Source: Candidatus Marinacidobacterales bacterium (GTDB lineage: Bacteria > Acidobacteriota > Vicinamibacteria > Marinacidobacterales > SMYC01). From it: a stretch of 64,000 nucleotides of DNA. The stretch's first letter is position 1; the number at the start of each line of letters is the position of its first letter. Location of the stretch: contig OZ250169.1 in the NCBI GenBank assembly GCA_965237955.1, positions 5,760,001-5,824,000 on the forward strand. Direction: 5' to 3'. Shown here piece after piece: positions 1 through 9,368 of the stretch. The notes below the pieces were generated by a model that was not told where the DNA came from, made no database searches, and worked only from the letters and a program-made list of their open reading frames with translations. A program made the translations under genes and the position numbers.

Positions 1-886
1 CTTCGCGATGTACTGCGGACCGTTGTCCGAGATGATTCGAGGCCGCGCATCGGGGTACCGCTCCTTTGCTCGCTCCAAGATGCACTCCACATCCGCTTCC
101 GTCATCGACTCACGAATCTCCCAGTGAACCACCGCGCGGCTCGCACCATCCAGAAACGAGCAGAGGTAGTAGAACGTCCCACCCAGGTTCAAGTACGAGA
201 TATCCGTGTGCCAGTGCTGGTGCGCTCGCAGCGGCTGAACGAAGCCCGTTCCCTTCTTCGACGGCTTCGGGTTCCAACGGTCCAGACGACCCGCCTTCGA
301 CAACACCCGGTACGTCGTCGAGGGGCTAACTGCCACCACGTCTTCGTCCAGCATCATGAACGTGAGTCGGCGATACCCGTCCAGTGGGTGGCAGTCGAAG
401 TAGTCGATCACGGACTGGCGCTCCCATTCTTCGATCCAGTGATCCCGCGGCACCAGGCCGTTGTGCTCATTCACCTTCCCGTACCGCTTGCGCCAGTCGT
501 AGAACTTGCCCCGAGCGATCCCGCACCACTGAACGATCTGCTGGACCGGAAGCTGGGTCTTGGTGGCGATTGTGTTCACGAAGTCGACAACCTCGTCACG
601 ACGGTCATGGGGAATCCAGGCACCACTCAGGCTTCCCCAAGTTTTTTTTTGAGTGTCACGTACTCTTCGGTCACCTCAGCGATGATCTGATCCTTACGGG
701 CCACCTTCGCCTCGAGACGGGAGAGCTTCTCCTCTAGCTCCTTCTCACGGCTCGGCGCACGACGGAACGAAAACACCGTATGGGCTCCAGCCAATAGCTC
801 CCTTTGCCATGTGTAGAACAGGCTCGGCTGGATTTCTGCCTCGTTGCATACCTCCGAGACCGGCTTTTTCTCGGCAACGTGCTGGC
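1..886 (-). mobile_element. Partial tandem copy of an IS3-family element (3' part of orfA and 5' part of orfB), running off the window edge
   Basis: 1-886 is a near-exact direct repeat of 1003-1887; the only difference I found is a T9 (642-650) versus T8 (1644-1651) run. Confidence 0.9.
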
Positions 887-1581
887 AGGGCGTCCGATTT
901 TATCGTCTTGTGCCAACGCTCGATCTTCCCGTTCGATTGCGGGTAGTACGGCGCGGTCCTCACGTGCGTCATCCCTGAGATGCGGATGAATGCCTTGAAG
1001 TCCTTCGCGATGTACTGCGGACCGTTGTCCGAGATGATTCGAGGCCGCGCATCGGGGTACCGCTCCTTTGCTCGCTCCAAGATGCACTCCACATCCGCTT
1101 CCGTCATCGACTCACGAATCTCCCAGTGAACCACCGCGCGGCTCGCACCATCCAGAAACGAGCAGAGGTAGTAGAACGTCCCACCCAGGTTCAAGTACGA
1201 GATATCCGTGTGCCAGTGCTGGTGCGCTCGCAGCGGCTGAACGAAGCCCGTTCCCTTCTTCGACGGCTTCGGGTTCCAACGGTCCAGACGACCCGCCTTC
1301 GACAACACCCGGTACGTCGTCGAGGGGCTAACTGCCACCACGTCTTCGTCCAGCATCATGAACGTGAGTCGGCGATACCCGTCCAGTGGGTGGCAGTCGA
1401 AGTAGTCGATCACGGACTGGCGCTCCCATTCTTCGATCCAGTGATCCCGCGGCACCAGGCCGTTGTGCTCATTCACCTTCCCGTACCGCTTGCGCCAGTC
1501 GTAGAACTTGCCCCGAGCGATCCCGCACCACTGAACGATCTGCTGGACCGGAAGCTGGGTCTTGGTGGCGATTGTGTTCAC
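745..1581 (-). pseudogene. IS3 OrfB DDE transposase, C-terminally truncated and joined to out-of-frame orfA sequence
   Basis: WHTDISY, IISDNGPQY and YPQSNGKIERWH motifs; after KSDAL the frame runs into the duplicated orfA DNA. Confidence 0.85.
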
Positions 1582-2005
1582 GAAGTCGACAACCTCGTCA
1601 CGACGGTCATGGGGAATCCAGGCACCACTCAGGCTTCCCCAAGTTTTTTTTGAGTGTCACGTACTCTTCGGTCACCTCAGCGATGATCTGATCCTTACGG
1701 GCCACCTTCGCCTCGAGACGGGAGAGCTTCTCCTCTAGCTCCTTCTCACGGCTCGGCGCACGACGGAACGAAAACACCGTATGGGCTCCAGCCAATAGCT
1801 CCCTTTGCCATGTGTAGAACAGGCTCGGCTGGATTTCTGCCTCGTTGCATACCTCCGAGACCGGCTTTTTCTCGGCAACGTGCTGGCGCAACAGCTCTGC
1901 CTTTTGCTCCGCAGTGTGACGACGACGACCTTTGCTCATGACAGCTCCTTTTTCCATGTGCGTATTTTAACTTCAGGACTGTCATGTTCCAGCTGAACCG
2001 AAACA
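887..2005 (-). mobile_element. IS3-family element with its left end at ~2005; orfB is truncated at ~887
   Basis: Minus strand begins TGTTTCGGTTCAGCTGGAAC (IS3-type TG end); orfA HTH and orfB rve integrase follow, with an A-rich slippery site between them. Confidence 0.85.
1607..1939 (-). CDS. IS3 OrfA (HTH transposase subunit)
   Basis: MSKGRRRHTAEQKAELL...IQPSLFYTWQRELL followed by a coiled coil; AAGGAG RBS upstream of the ATG at 1939. Confidence 0.85.
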   Translation of the reverse strand: MSKGRRRHTAEQKAELLRQHVAEKKPVSEVCNEAEIQPSLFYTWQRELLAGAHTVFSFRRAPSREKELEEKLSRLEAKVARKDQIIAEVTEEYVTLKKNLGKPEWCLDSP

Positions 2006-2138
2006 CGGCGGGGACGGGTTTACCCAACACAGAGAAGGATCCTGGCGCACGGCTCCCTCCCAATTGCCGCCCCCGCCACTCACGGAGCGGCATCAAAGCA
2101 GCCGTGGCCAAATATATCGCCTGTTAGCTGTAGGTAGG

Positions 2139-2168
2139 AATCTATGCTAAAAACGCGCGCGAGGTCAA
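2139..2168 (-). promoter_or_regulatory. Putative sigma70 promoter pointing toward the IS3
   Basis: TTGACC-N18-TAGATT on the minus strand, next to an A/T tract. Confidence 0.4.
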
Positions 2169-2234
2169 GAGTGTTTTTGCTTTTTTTTCCGGGGGCACCT
2201 TGACTTCGGTTGGGTGCGAAGGGATTGTTTACGC

Positions 2235-5200
2235 ATGCTGAGTGCGACAAAGGCTTTGGTTCCGGTGTTTTCGTGCGTTTGGGCGTGTTTGTCTTTTTCG
2301 CTCGCGGCCGCGCAATCGTTCGATGACCTGACGTTCGCTTAATCGGACCCGCGGTGATGGGTGGACGTATCGATGCGATCGCGGTCGTCGAAAGGGAGCC
2401 ATCGACGTTTTACGTTGGAACCGCTTCCGGTGGGCTGTGGAAAACGGTCAACAATGGCACGACATGGACGGCCATCTTCGACGATTACGCGACGTCCTCC
2501 ATAGGCGATGTTGGGGTTTCTGCGTCCGACCCGCGGATCGTTTGGGTCGGCACCGGCGAGGCCAACAATCGACAAAGCTCGAGTTTCGGCGACGGTGTGT
2601 ACAAGTCGATCGATGCCGGCAAGACGTGGGCGCACCAAGGTCTCGTTGATTCGGGCCACATCGGAAAAGTCGTGCTCGATCCCAAAAACCCCGAGCGCGT
2701 ATTCGTCGCTGCCTTGGGGAGCCTGTGGAGTGCGGGAGGAGAGCGCGGGGTGTTCCGCACGCTCGACGCGGTCGCAGCTGGAAGCAAGTTCTCGAGATCG
2801 ACGAAGACACTGGCGTCAGCACGTTGGCTCTGGACCCAGTCAACGCGAACGTGCTCTACGCCGCTGCGTACCAACGCCGGCGCACGCCCTGGGGTTTCGA
2901 CGGAGGCGGGCCGGGGAGTGGTCTCTACAAAACCGTGGACGGTGGCGACAGTTGGGTCCGTCTCAACTCTGGACTCCCCGAAGGTCCGCTCGGGCGCATC
3001 GGCGTCGCCGTTTTTCGTGGGGATCCCAACATCGTGTTCGCTCTCGTCGAGCACAACACCGAAGGTGGGCTCTACCGCTCGAGCGATCGGGGCGAGAGCT
3101 GGACGAAAAGCAACGATCTGAACCCGCGGCCGATGTACTACAGCAAGATTTTCGTGGATCCGACTGACGCGGATCGGATCTACGTGCTCGGCTCGTCGTT
3201 CCATGTCTCGGACGATGGCGGACACAGTTTCGTCACCAATCGCGACATGACTCCGAGATACGACATCGGTGTCCACGGCGATCATCACGCTCTTTGGATC
3301 GATCCAGAAAACTCGAATCACCTCATTCTCGGCGGCGACGGCGGGCTGTACTTCTCCTGGGATCGCAGTCGCTCGTTCGCGAAAATCAACAACCTCCCGA
3401 TTGCCCAGTTCTATGACATCGCGGTCGATATGGACGAGCCGTACAACGTTTATGCCGGAGCGCAGGACACGCACTCGTGGGTGGGGCCGAGCGCCACTCG
3501 GAACCAGATCGGGATCCTGAACAGCGACTGGGTCCAGACGAACTTCGGCGACGGCATGTACCAGCAAGCCGACCCGACCGATTCGTCGATCGTTTATACG
3601 GAATCGCAGGGCGGCGATATCGTTCGTCTCGACCGTCGCACCGGCAACCGTAAAGCCATCAAGCCTTACCCGAAACCGGACGAGGACCGGTACCGGTTTC
3701 ACTGGACGTCGCCGATACTCATTTCCCGCCACAATCCGAAAACGGTGTTCTTCGGAGGCAACCTGTTTTTCGTGTCAAGCGATCGCGGCGATTCATGGAC
3801 GGCTTCGTCGGATTTGACGCGGAACGAAGACCGGGACGAGCTCACCATCATGGGTCTCATTCCGGGGGACGATACGCTTTCGCGCCACGACGGGGTTGAC
3901 GAGTGGGGCACGATCACGACGATCTCCGAGTCAGCTCTTGCCGCGGGGACGGTGTACGTGGGGACGGACGATGGACGGATCCAACTGACACGCGACGGCG
4001 GCTCGAGCTGGAAGAGCCTCGAGGGGTCGCTTCCGGGAATGGATCCGGTGCGGAGCAAAGTGAGTCGCGTTATCGCATCGTCGGTCGAGCTCGGCAGAGC
4101 GTACGCGAGCTTCGATCGGCACGCCCTCGGCGATTTCACCCCGTACCTGTTCGTCACCGAGAGCTTCGGGGATTCCTGGAAGCGCCTTGCACTTCCGGAT
4201 GCAATCGGCTGGGTCAACGTGGTGACCGAGTATCCAGGACACGGTGATCTGCTTTTCGTCGGAACCGAGACCGGTGTGTTCGTCTCGCGCGATCGCGGTG
4301 CCTCGTGGTCGCGGATGACGGGAAGGTTTCCAACCGTCCCGGTGGATGATCTCGTGATCCACCCGCGAGACGAAGACCTCGTCGTCGGCACCCACGGCCG
4401 ATCGATCTATATCCTCGACGACATCGGACCGCTTGCGCGCTACCGTTCCGATGTGTCGACGGCTCAGCTGTTCGCGCCGCGCGATGCGACGATGTTTCTT
4501 CCTTGGAAGCACGAGAGCTACGGTGCGCAAGGACAATACGTTGGTGAGAACCCGACCGCGGGCGCTATCGTCACCTACCACTTGCCGAACGAACTGGATG
4601 TCCCCGCCACTCTCACGGTGCGCGACGAGGGGGGCGCAAAGCTCCGACTCGTCGAGGGGTCCGCGCGCAAAGGGTTCAATCGCATCGTGTGGGATCTGCG
4701 AGCGGAAGGACCTGAAGGCGTGACCGATGGACGGGGACCGTTCGTTCCCATGGGAACCTACACGCTCACGCTCGAAGTGGGAGCGGAGCGCCTCGATACG
4801 ACTGTACGCGTGGACGTCGATCCCAGGATGGACATCGGCGCGACGGAGTTTCGCGCGCGCTACCAGTTCTTGACCGAGGTCAACGCGCTCCGCGAACGCT
4901 TGCAACGCGCCGTCAACCGTGCCGACTCTCTGGAGCGCGAATCGAAAAAAATCTCGGAGATTTTAGAAGCTAATGATGAGGACGTGCGCGCCGCCCTGAA
5001 AGATCTCGAAGACGCCGTCGCGGCCGCCAAGGAGCCTCTCGCCGGGAAACGCAGCTTCCGTAACCCGACGTTGCTCACACGAGCGTCGCAACTCCTCACG
5101 GAGCTGAGCGGCGACAACGTGCGCCCGGGAACCCTACACGGCCCCACCGGGGTCCAACGAGCCCGCCTGACCCAGTTGAGCACCGAAGCCGACGAAGCCA

Positions 5201-5286
5201 TCGCCGAGCTCGAAGCTACGATCAACATGTCTGTTCCTGAGATTAACCGCATGTTGCAGGAGAAGGGGCCACTTCAGTTGAAGTAA
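2235..5286 (+). pseudogene. Secreted VPS10/BNR-repeat beta-propeller (glycosyl hydrolase-like) protein with two frameshifts
   Basis: Signal peptide MLSATKAL...AAAQ, then GPAVMGGRIDAIA and repeated S/TxDxGxT/SW Asp-boxes; single-base losses near 2336 and 2770 split it into three frames. Confidence 0.8.
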
Positions 5287-5455
5287 GCATTCAGCATCCA
5301 GCATTCAGTTCAAACCAAGTTGTGCCGGTAGGGAAGGCGATCTTAGGAGCACCGTCCTTGCCGCTAGCCAACGCCTCTGACCGGCACGGCCTTTGTCGAC
5401 GACGCGGGCCCACTTCGTGGCAGGGACGTGGTCTGAACTGGATGCTGAATGCTGA
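5286..5455. repeat. Intergenic palindromic element with heptamer-unit (CAGCATY) inverted ends
   Basis: AGCATTCAGCATCCAG (5286-5301) is the exact reverse complement of 5438-5453; internal GTGCCGGT/ACCGGCAC stem. Confidence 0.75.
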
Positions 5456-6160
5456 TTAAAAGTCAGAATCCAACGAATACTCCGCATCCGCAAAATCCGG
5501 CAGAGCCGCGGCGACGCGGATGGGGACGAGTTCGGGTACCGATCGCTTCAAATATGCGATCTCCTGACGCAGTTTCTCGAGGTCTTCACTCCGGTCGATG
5601 TCGTACCAGCGGATGAGGGTCGAGACGGAAAGCTTCCGCGCTTTGACGACATTCATCGTCTGCTGGAGGACTTCCGGTGTACCCCAGTCGATGCCTTGAA
5701 ACAGCTCGGGAATCCACTCGCTGCAGCCGAGCAAGTAATACCCGCCGTCCTCGGCGGGACCGAGAACGACTTTGCGGTGCTCGAGCTCGTCAAACGCTTC
5801 GTGCACCACTTCGGGAGGAACCGTGGGACTGTCGCTTCCTAGCACGACCAAACGCGTCACCTCGCTGCGAAACCCCATGTAGAAAAGACTCGCGAGTCTT
5901 TCTCCCAAACCTCCAGTTGCCTGCACGGTCGTGGTCCAACCGCTAGGGACATTGAGCGCGCTCGGGTCTTCGAGAGGCTCGCTCAGCAACAAGAGCCGGT
6001 CGATGCCGGGCCGCTCGATACGGGTCAAGTGGTCGAGTGTGTCCTCGACCAATGCGCGATGCAGCGCAAGTGCCTGCTCGGCGGTGAGCGGCGGGGAGAG
6101 CCGTGTCTTGACTTTCCCGAGCACGGGCGCGCGAGCGAAAACGGCAAGAAGCTCGGTCAC
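5456..6160 (-). CDS. DUF2064/TIGR04282-type glycosyltransferase family A protein
   Basis: FARAPVLGKVKTRL, GSDSP, VVLGPAEDGGYYLLG, GIDWGT and WYDID motifs; GTG start at 6160 inferred. Confidence 0.85.
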   Translation of the reverse strand: MTELLAVFARAPVLGKVKTRLSPPLTAEQALALHRALVEDTLDHLTRIERPGIDRLLLLSEPLEDPSALNVPSGWTTTVQATGGLGERLASLFYMGFRSEVTRLVVLGSDSPTVPPEVVHEAFDELEHRKVVLGPAEDGGYYLLGCSEWIPELFQGIDWGTPEVLQQTMNVVKARKLSVSTLIRWYDIDRSEDLEKLRQEIAYLKRSVPELVPIRVAAALPDFADAEYSLDSDF

Positions 6161-6188
6161 CGTCGAGAACGCTTCCTCATGCTCATGA

Positions 6189-7557
6189 TCATGAGCCGCG
6201 GGCCTCGCTGAGAAGTCTGAGGAGAGCTCGGTTCTCCGGATTGGCGGCAAGACCTCGCCGGCACACGCGCGCCGCGGAGCCCGGATCCCCCGCGTCGATC
6301 AAAGCGCGCGCCGCCTTGACGAGCGGCGCCACTCGACGAGGCTCGACAGACGCGAGCTTCAAGTAGATCTCGGCCGCCATCTCTGGGTTGTCGAGATCGA
6401 CGTAAGTGTCGCCGAGCCGCTCCAACACCGCGGGACTGTCGCCCCGCAACCGAAGAAACACGTGATACGCGGTGACGGCTTCGGCATGATTGTTCCGGGC
6501 GCGGTAGAGGTCGCCGAGCAGTCGATGCGCTTTGGCCGGTATCGGAGTCGCCTGGCTGGCGCGTTGAAGCTCCGCGAAGCCTCGCGACTCATCGTCCATC
6601 GCGAGATACGCGCGACCGAGCGCGAGAGCTGCGCGACCGTCGGCAGGGTCCATCTTGACGACCGACTCGAGCGCGGTCACGGCTTTATCCAGCGCGACGC
6701 GATCGCCCGAGAGCATCGCTTCGGCGAGCCAGAGCTCGCCGAGCTGGAGATACGCGGCCGGTAGATTGGGGTCCTGTTCGAGCGCAAGGCCCACGGACGC
6801 CATGGCCTCGGTGCGGCGTCCAGCGAGCTGATGAACGGTGGCCAAGTGCAAGTAGGGCTCAGCCGCGCCCGGGTTCGCGTTGATCTCCGCCTGTACCGGC
6901 TCCATGGCTCGCTGCGGATCGCCGCTTTCGATGTAGAGGTCGATGAGAGCCGATCGGGCAAGCTCCGCTTCCGGCCGCAGCTCGAGGGCCTTGTGAAAAT
7001 CGGCGTTCGCCTCGTCGATGTCGCCGAGCGATCGAAAAACGGCGCCGCGCAGATAGTAGGCTTCCCAAAATCCTTCCCGGAGCGCGGCGGCGCGATTCAA
7101 CGCGGCGATCGCTTCGGCCTCACGCCCGGCGCGGAAATGGACGAGGGCGAGCTTGTACAAAACCGTCGGGGAGTCCGGGTCGATGTCGAGCACCAACCGA
7201 TAGTGCACCGCAGCTTCATCGAAGCGCTCGACCTCGTTGTACAGGTCAGCGAGACGCAACGATACCAGGAGGATGTCGGACGAGAGCCTCGCTGCGGCTT
7301 CGAGATCGTCGAGCGCGGTTGCGAGGTTGCCTTGTTGGCGCTCGGCTTCCGCACGCTTGACGTAGGCGATCGCGTCGTCGGGCTTCATGCCGATGGCGGA
7401 TGTGTACGTTCGACTCGCTTGGAAAGGGAGCTCCTCTCCCATGAGCTCATCCCCCAACCGGACGAGCTGAAAATACCGGTAGTCCCGCGCGAGCACCGAA
7501 AACGAACACAGAAGCGAGCAGGGCGAGCGACGCCAGCACGAGGAGCGACTTCCGCAA
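6189..7557 (-). CDS. TPR repeat protein; N-terminal membrane anchor lies in another frame (probable +1 indel near 7500)
   Basis: Many Ala/Leu/Tyr TPR-like helices in ORF 6189-7496; upstream LRKSLLVLASLALLASVFV joins the frame if one base of the A4 run at 7499-7502 is removed. Confidence 0.75.
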
Positions 7558-7619
7558 ATCTATAAATCCCTTTTGATCAATAGGTTAGCAAATCGACGCC
7601 GGGCACGTCAAAACAAATT

Positions 7620-7648
7620 GGAACTAAATCGATCATCGCGGTGTCCAA
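7620..7648 (+). promoter_or_regulatory. ECF sigma-type promoter, probably autoregulatory
   Basis: GGAACT-N17-GTCCAA about 75 bp upstream of the ECF sigma gene. Confidence 0.6.
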
Positions 7649-7722
7649 GCTAACGTACGGGCCGGTCCCAAAGAAGCGGAAACCAACCGTGTGGTAGGAT
7701 ACACGAAAGGTTAGAACTCAGG

Positions 7723-8451
7723 ATGCGCCGGCCCTTTGGACGCCTCATGAACCATCCAACGTCGGCGTTGCCCGCAGATGAGCTACTCAGGCTCGACGGT
7801 GAAGCGCGTCAAACGACCCGCTGGTCGGGCGACGAGGTCGCTCTCATCGAGCGGTGCCTCGCCGGCGACGACAGCGCGTTCGATGAGCTGGTACAGCGGT
7901 ATCAAGACATGGTGTTCAACCTCGCGTACCGGCTCTTGGGAGGCTACGACGAATCGGTCGATCTGTCGCAGGAGGTCTTCCTGCAGGTTTACCGCAAGTT
8001 GGGAACCTTTCGTCGAGACGCGTCACTGAGAACGTGGATCTATCGCATCGTCATCAACCGAGCGAAGAACCGGCAACGATGGTGGAGACGGCGCTTTGGC
8101 GAGATGACCGCGGTCAGTCTGGACGACTTCGAGGCCAATCCTAAACTTGGGCAGCGTCTCTTGTGCACGGGCAGCGCGGGCCTGACCGTCTCGTCCGGCG
8201 ATCTGGTTGCGCCCGACAAGGCGCTCGAGCGCAAAGAAGTCGGTCAGCTGCTGCTCGACGCTATCGATGAGCTGCCCTTCAGTCACCGAACGATCTTGCT
8301 TCTCAAAGAAGTCGAAGGGCTGTCTTACGACGAGATCTCGACGACGCTGGATCTCCCCCTGGGAACGGTGAAGTCCCGGCTCGCGCGCGCCCGTAAATCG
8401 CTCCGGGACGAACTCGATCCTGGTGTTTTCGGAATAGCTGAGGAAGTGTGA
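7723..8451 (+). CDS. ECF RNA polymerase sigma factor (RpoE/SigW-like)
   Basis: DLSQEVFL, FRRDASLRTWIYRI and EGLSYDEI...LGTVKSRLARAR (regions 2 and 4). Confidence 0.92.
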   Translation: MRRPFGRLMNHPTSALPADELLRLDGEARQTTRWSGDEVALIERCLAGDDSAFDELVQRYQDMVFNLAYRLLGGYDESVDLSQEVFLQVYRKLGTFRRDASLRTWIYRIVINRAKNRQRWWRRRFGEMTAVSLDDFEANPKLGQRLLCTGSAGLTVSSGDLVAPDKALERKEVGQLLLDAIDELPFSHRTILLLKEVEGLSYDEISTTLDLPLGTVKSRLARARKSLRDELDPGVFGIAEEV

Positions 8452-8452
8452 C

Positions 8453-9235
8453 ATGTTCGTGCATCCGCGGAATACCGTTTTGTCGGTGCACCACGACGGC
8501 GAGCTTTCGCCGACGCTCGCGGCTCGGGTGGAAGACCATCTGAAGCAATGCGAAAGCTGCATCGAAGAGTACGAAAAGCTCTCGAACGCGGCGAATGCGG
8601 TTCGTCATCTACACACCCTGCGGGCGCCCTCGCGCCTTGCATTGCAGGTGCGGGAACAAATTGACGCCGAGGAGCGTGGCATGGTGCCGGTTCTGCGCAG
8701 CGAGATTCAGCTTTCGCGCAACCACACCGGTTTCTTTGCGGCTCTAGGGCTTGGCACGCTAGCAACGGTTTTTCTCATCGGGCTCAGCGGGCTCGTTCTC
8801 ACGCTCGACCATCGCTACGGCGAACCAACGGCGCGCCGCATTACCTCGGCGTGGATCCAGTCCACCCTCCCCGAGCCGGTCTTGCTGCACGAGCTGATGA
8901 GCTCGCCACGATTTCGTGATGGGTCCTTCGGCGGCAAGTCGTTTGCGGAGATGAAGACCGGTCAAGAGGGCCAATTCCTGACGATGGCGTCGATCGACCG
9001 AAACGGCACGCTGCAGGGGCTCGAGGTCATCTATCGCAGCGGCGATGAAGAAATGCTGTCACGCGCGCTCGCGGCAGTACGTGAAACGGGCTTCGAGCCC
9101 GCGCGCCTCGGCGATCAGACGATCTCGGTGAACTTCCTCTACTTCTTCACGACCACCGAAGTGCGCCCGGACGGCCATCGACTCTCGACGCTGCCGCTTT
9201 GGGAACCCGCCCACTTACTGCGGACCCGCGCCTAG
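8453..9235 (+). CDS. Zinc-finger anti-sigma factor with a TM helix and a TonB-C-like C-terminal domain
   Basis: DGELS...HLKQCESC (HxxxCxxC); hydrophobic helix; IDRNG...ALAAVRETGFEPA TonB_C pattern. Confidence 0.75.
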   Translation: MFVHPRNTVLSVHHDGELSPTLAARVEDHLKQCESCIEEYEKLSNAANAVRHLHTLRAPSRLALQVREQIDAEERGMVPVLRSEIQLSRNHTGFFAALGLGTLATVFLIGLSGLVLTLDHRYGEPTARRITSAWIQSTLPEPVLLHELMSSPRFRDGSFGGKSFAEMKTGQEGQFLTMASIDRNGTLQGLEVIYRSGDEEMLSRALAAVRETGFEPARLGDQTISVNFLYFFTTTEVRPDGHRLSTLPLWEPAHLLRTRA

Positions 9236-9267
9236 CTGGGCAGCCGAATCCGCGCGCCAATACCTTT

Positions 9268-9351
9268 AACGCAAAGACGCCAAGGCGCGAAGACGCAAAG
9301 AGGGAATTAGCGTCGAAGGCGCTTCACTCGGCGCCCTTGCGCCTTTGCGTT
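9268..9351. repeat. Octamer-unit REP-like palindrome, copy 1
   Basis: AACGCAAAG-ACGCCAAG-GCGCGAAG-ACGCAAAG ... CTTGCGC-CTTTGCGTT between convergent genes. Confidence 0.8.
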
Positions 9352-9368
9352 TGTTTTTTTTCGAGTTA

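Noticed and set aside
2044-2055. Group II intron domain V-like GAGCCGTGCG on the minus strand
   Set aside because: No following domain V/VI stem, no reverse transcriptase, and the motif is part of a different hairpin
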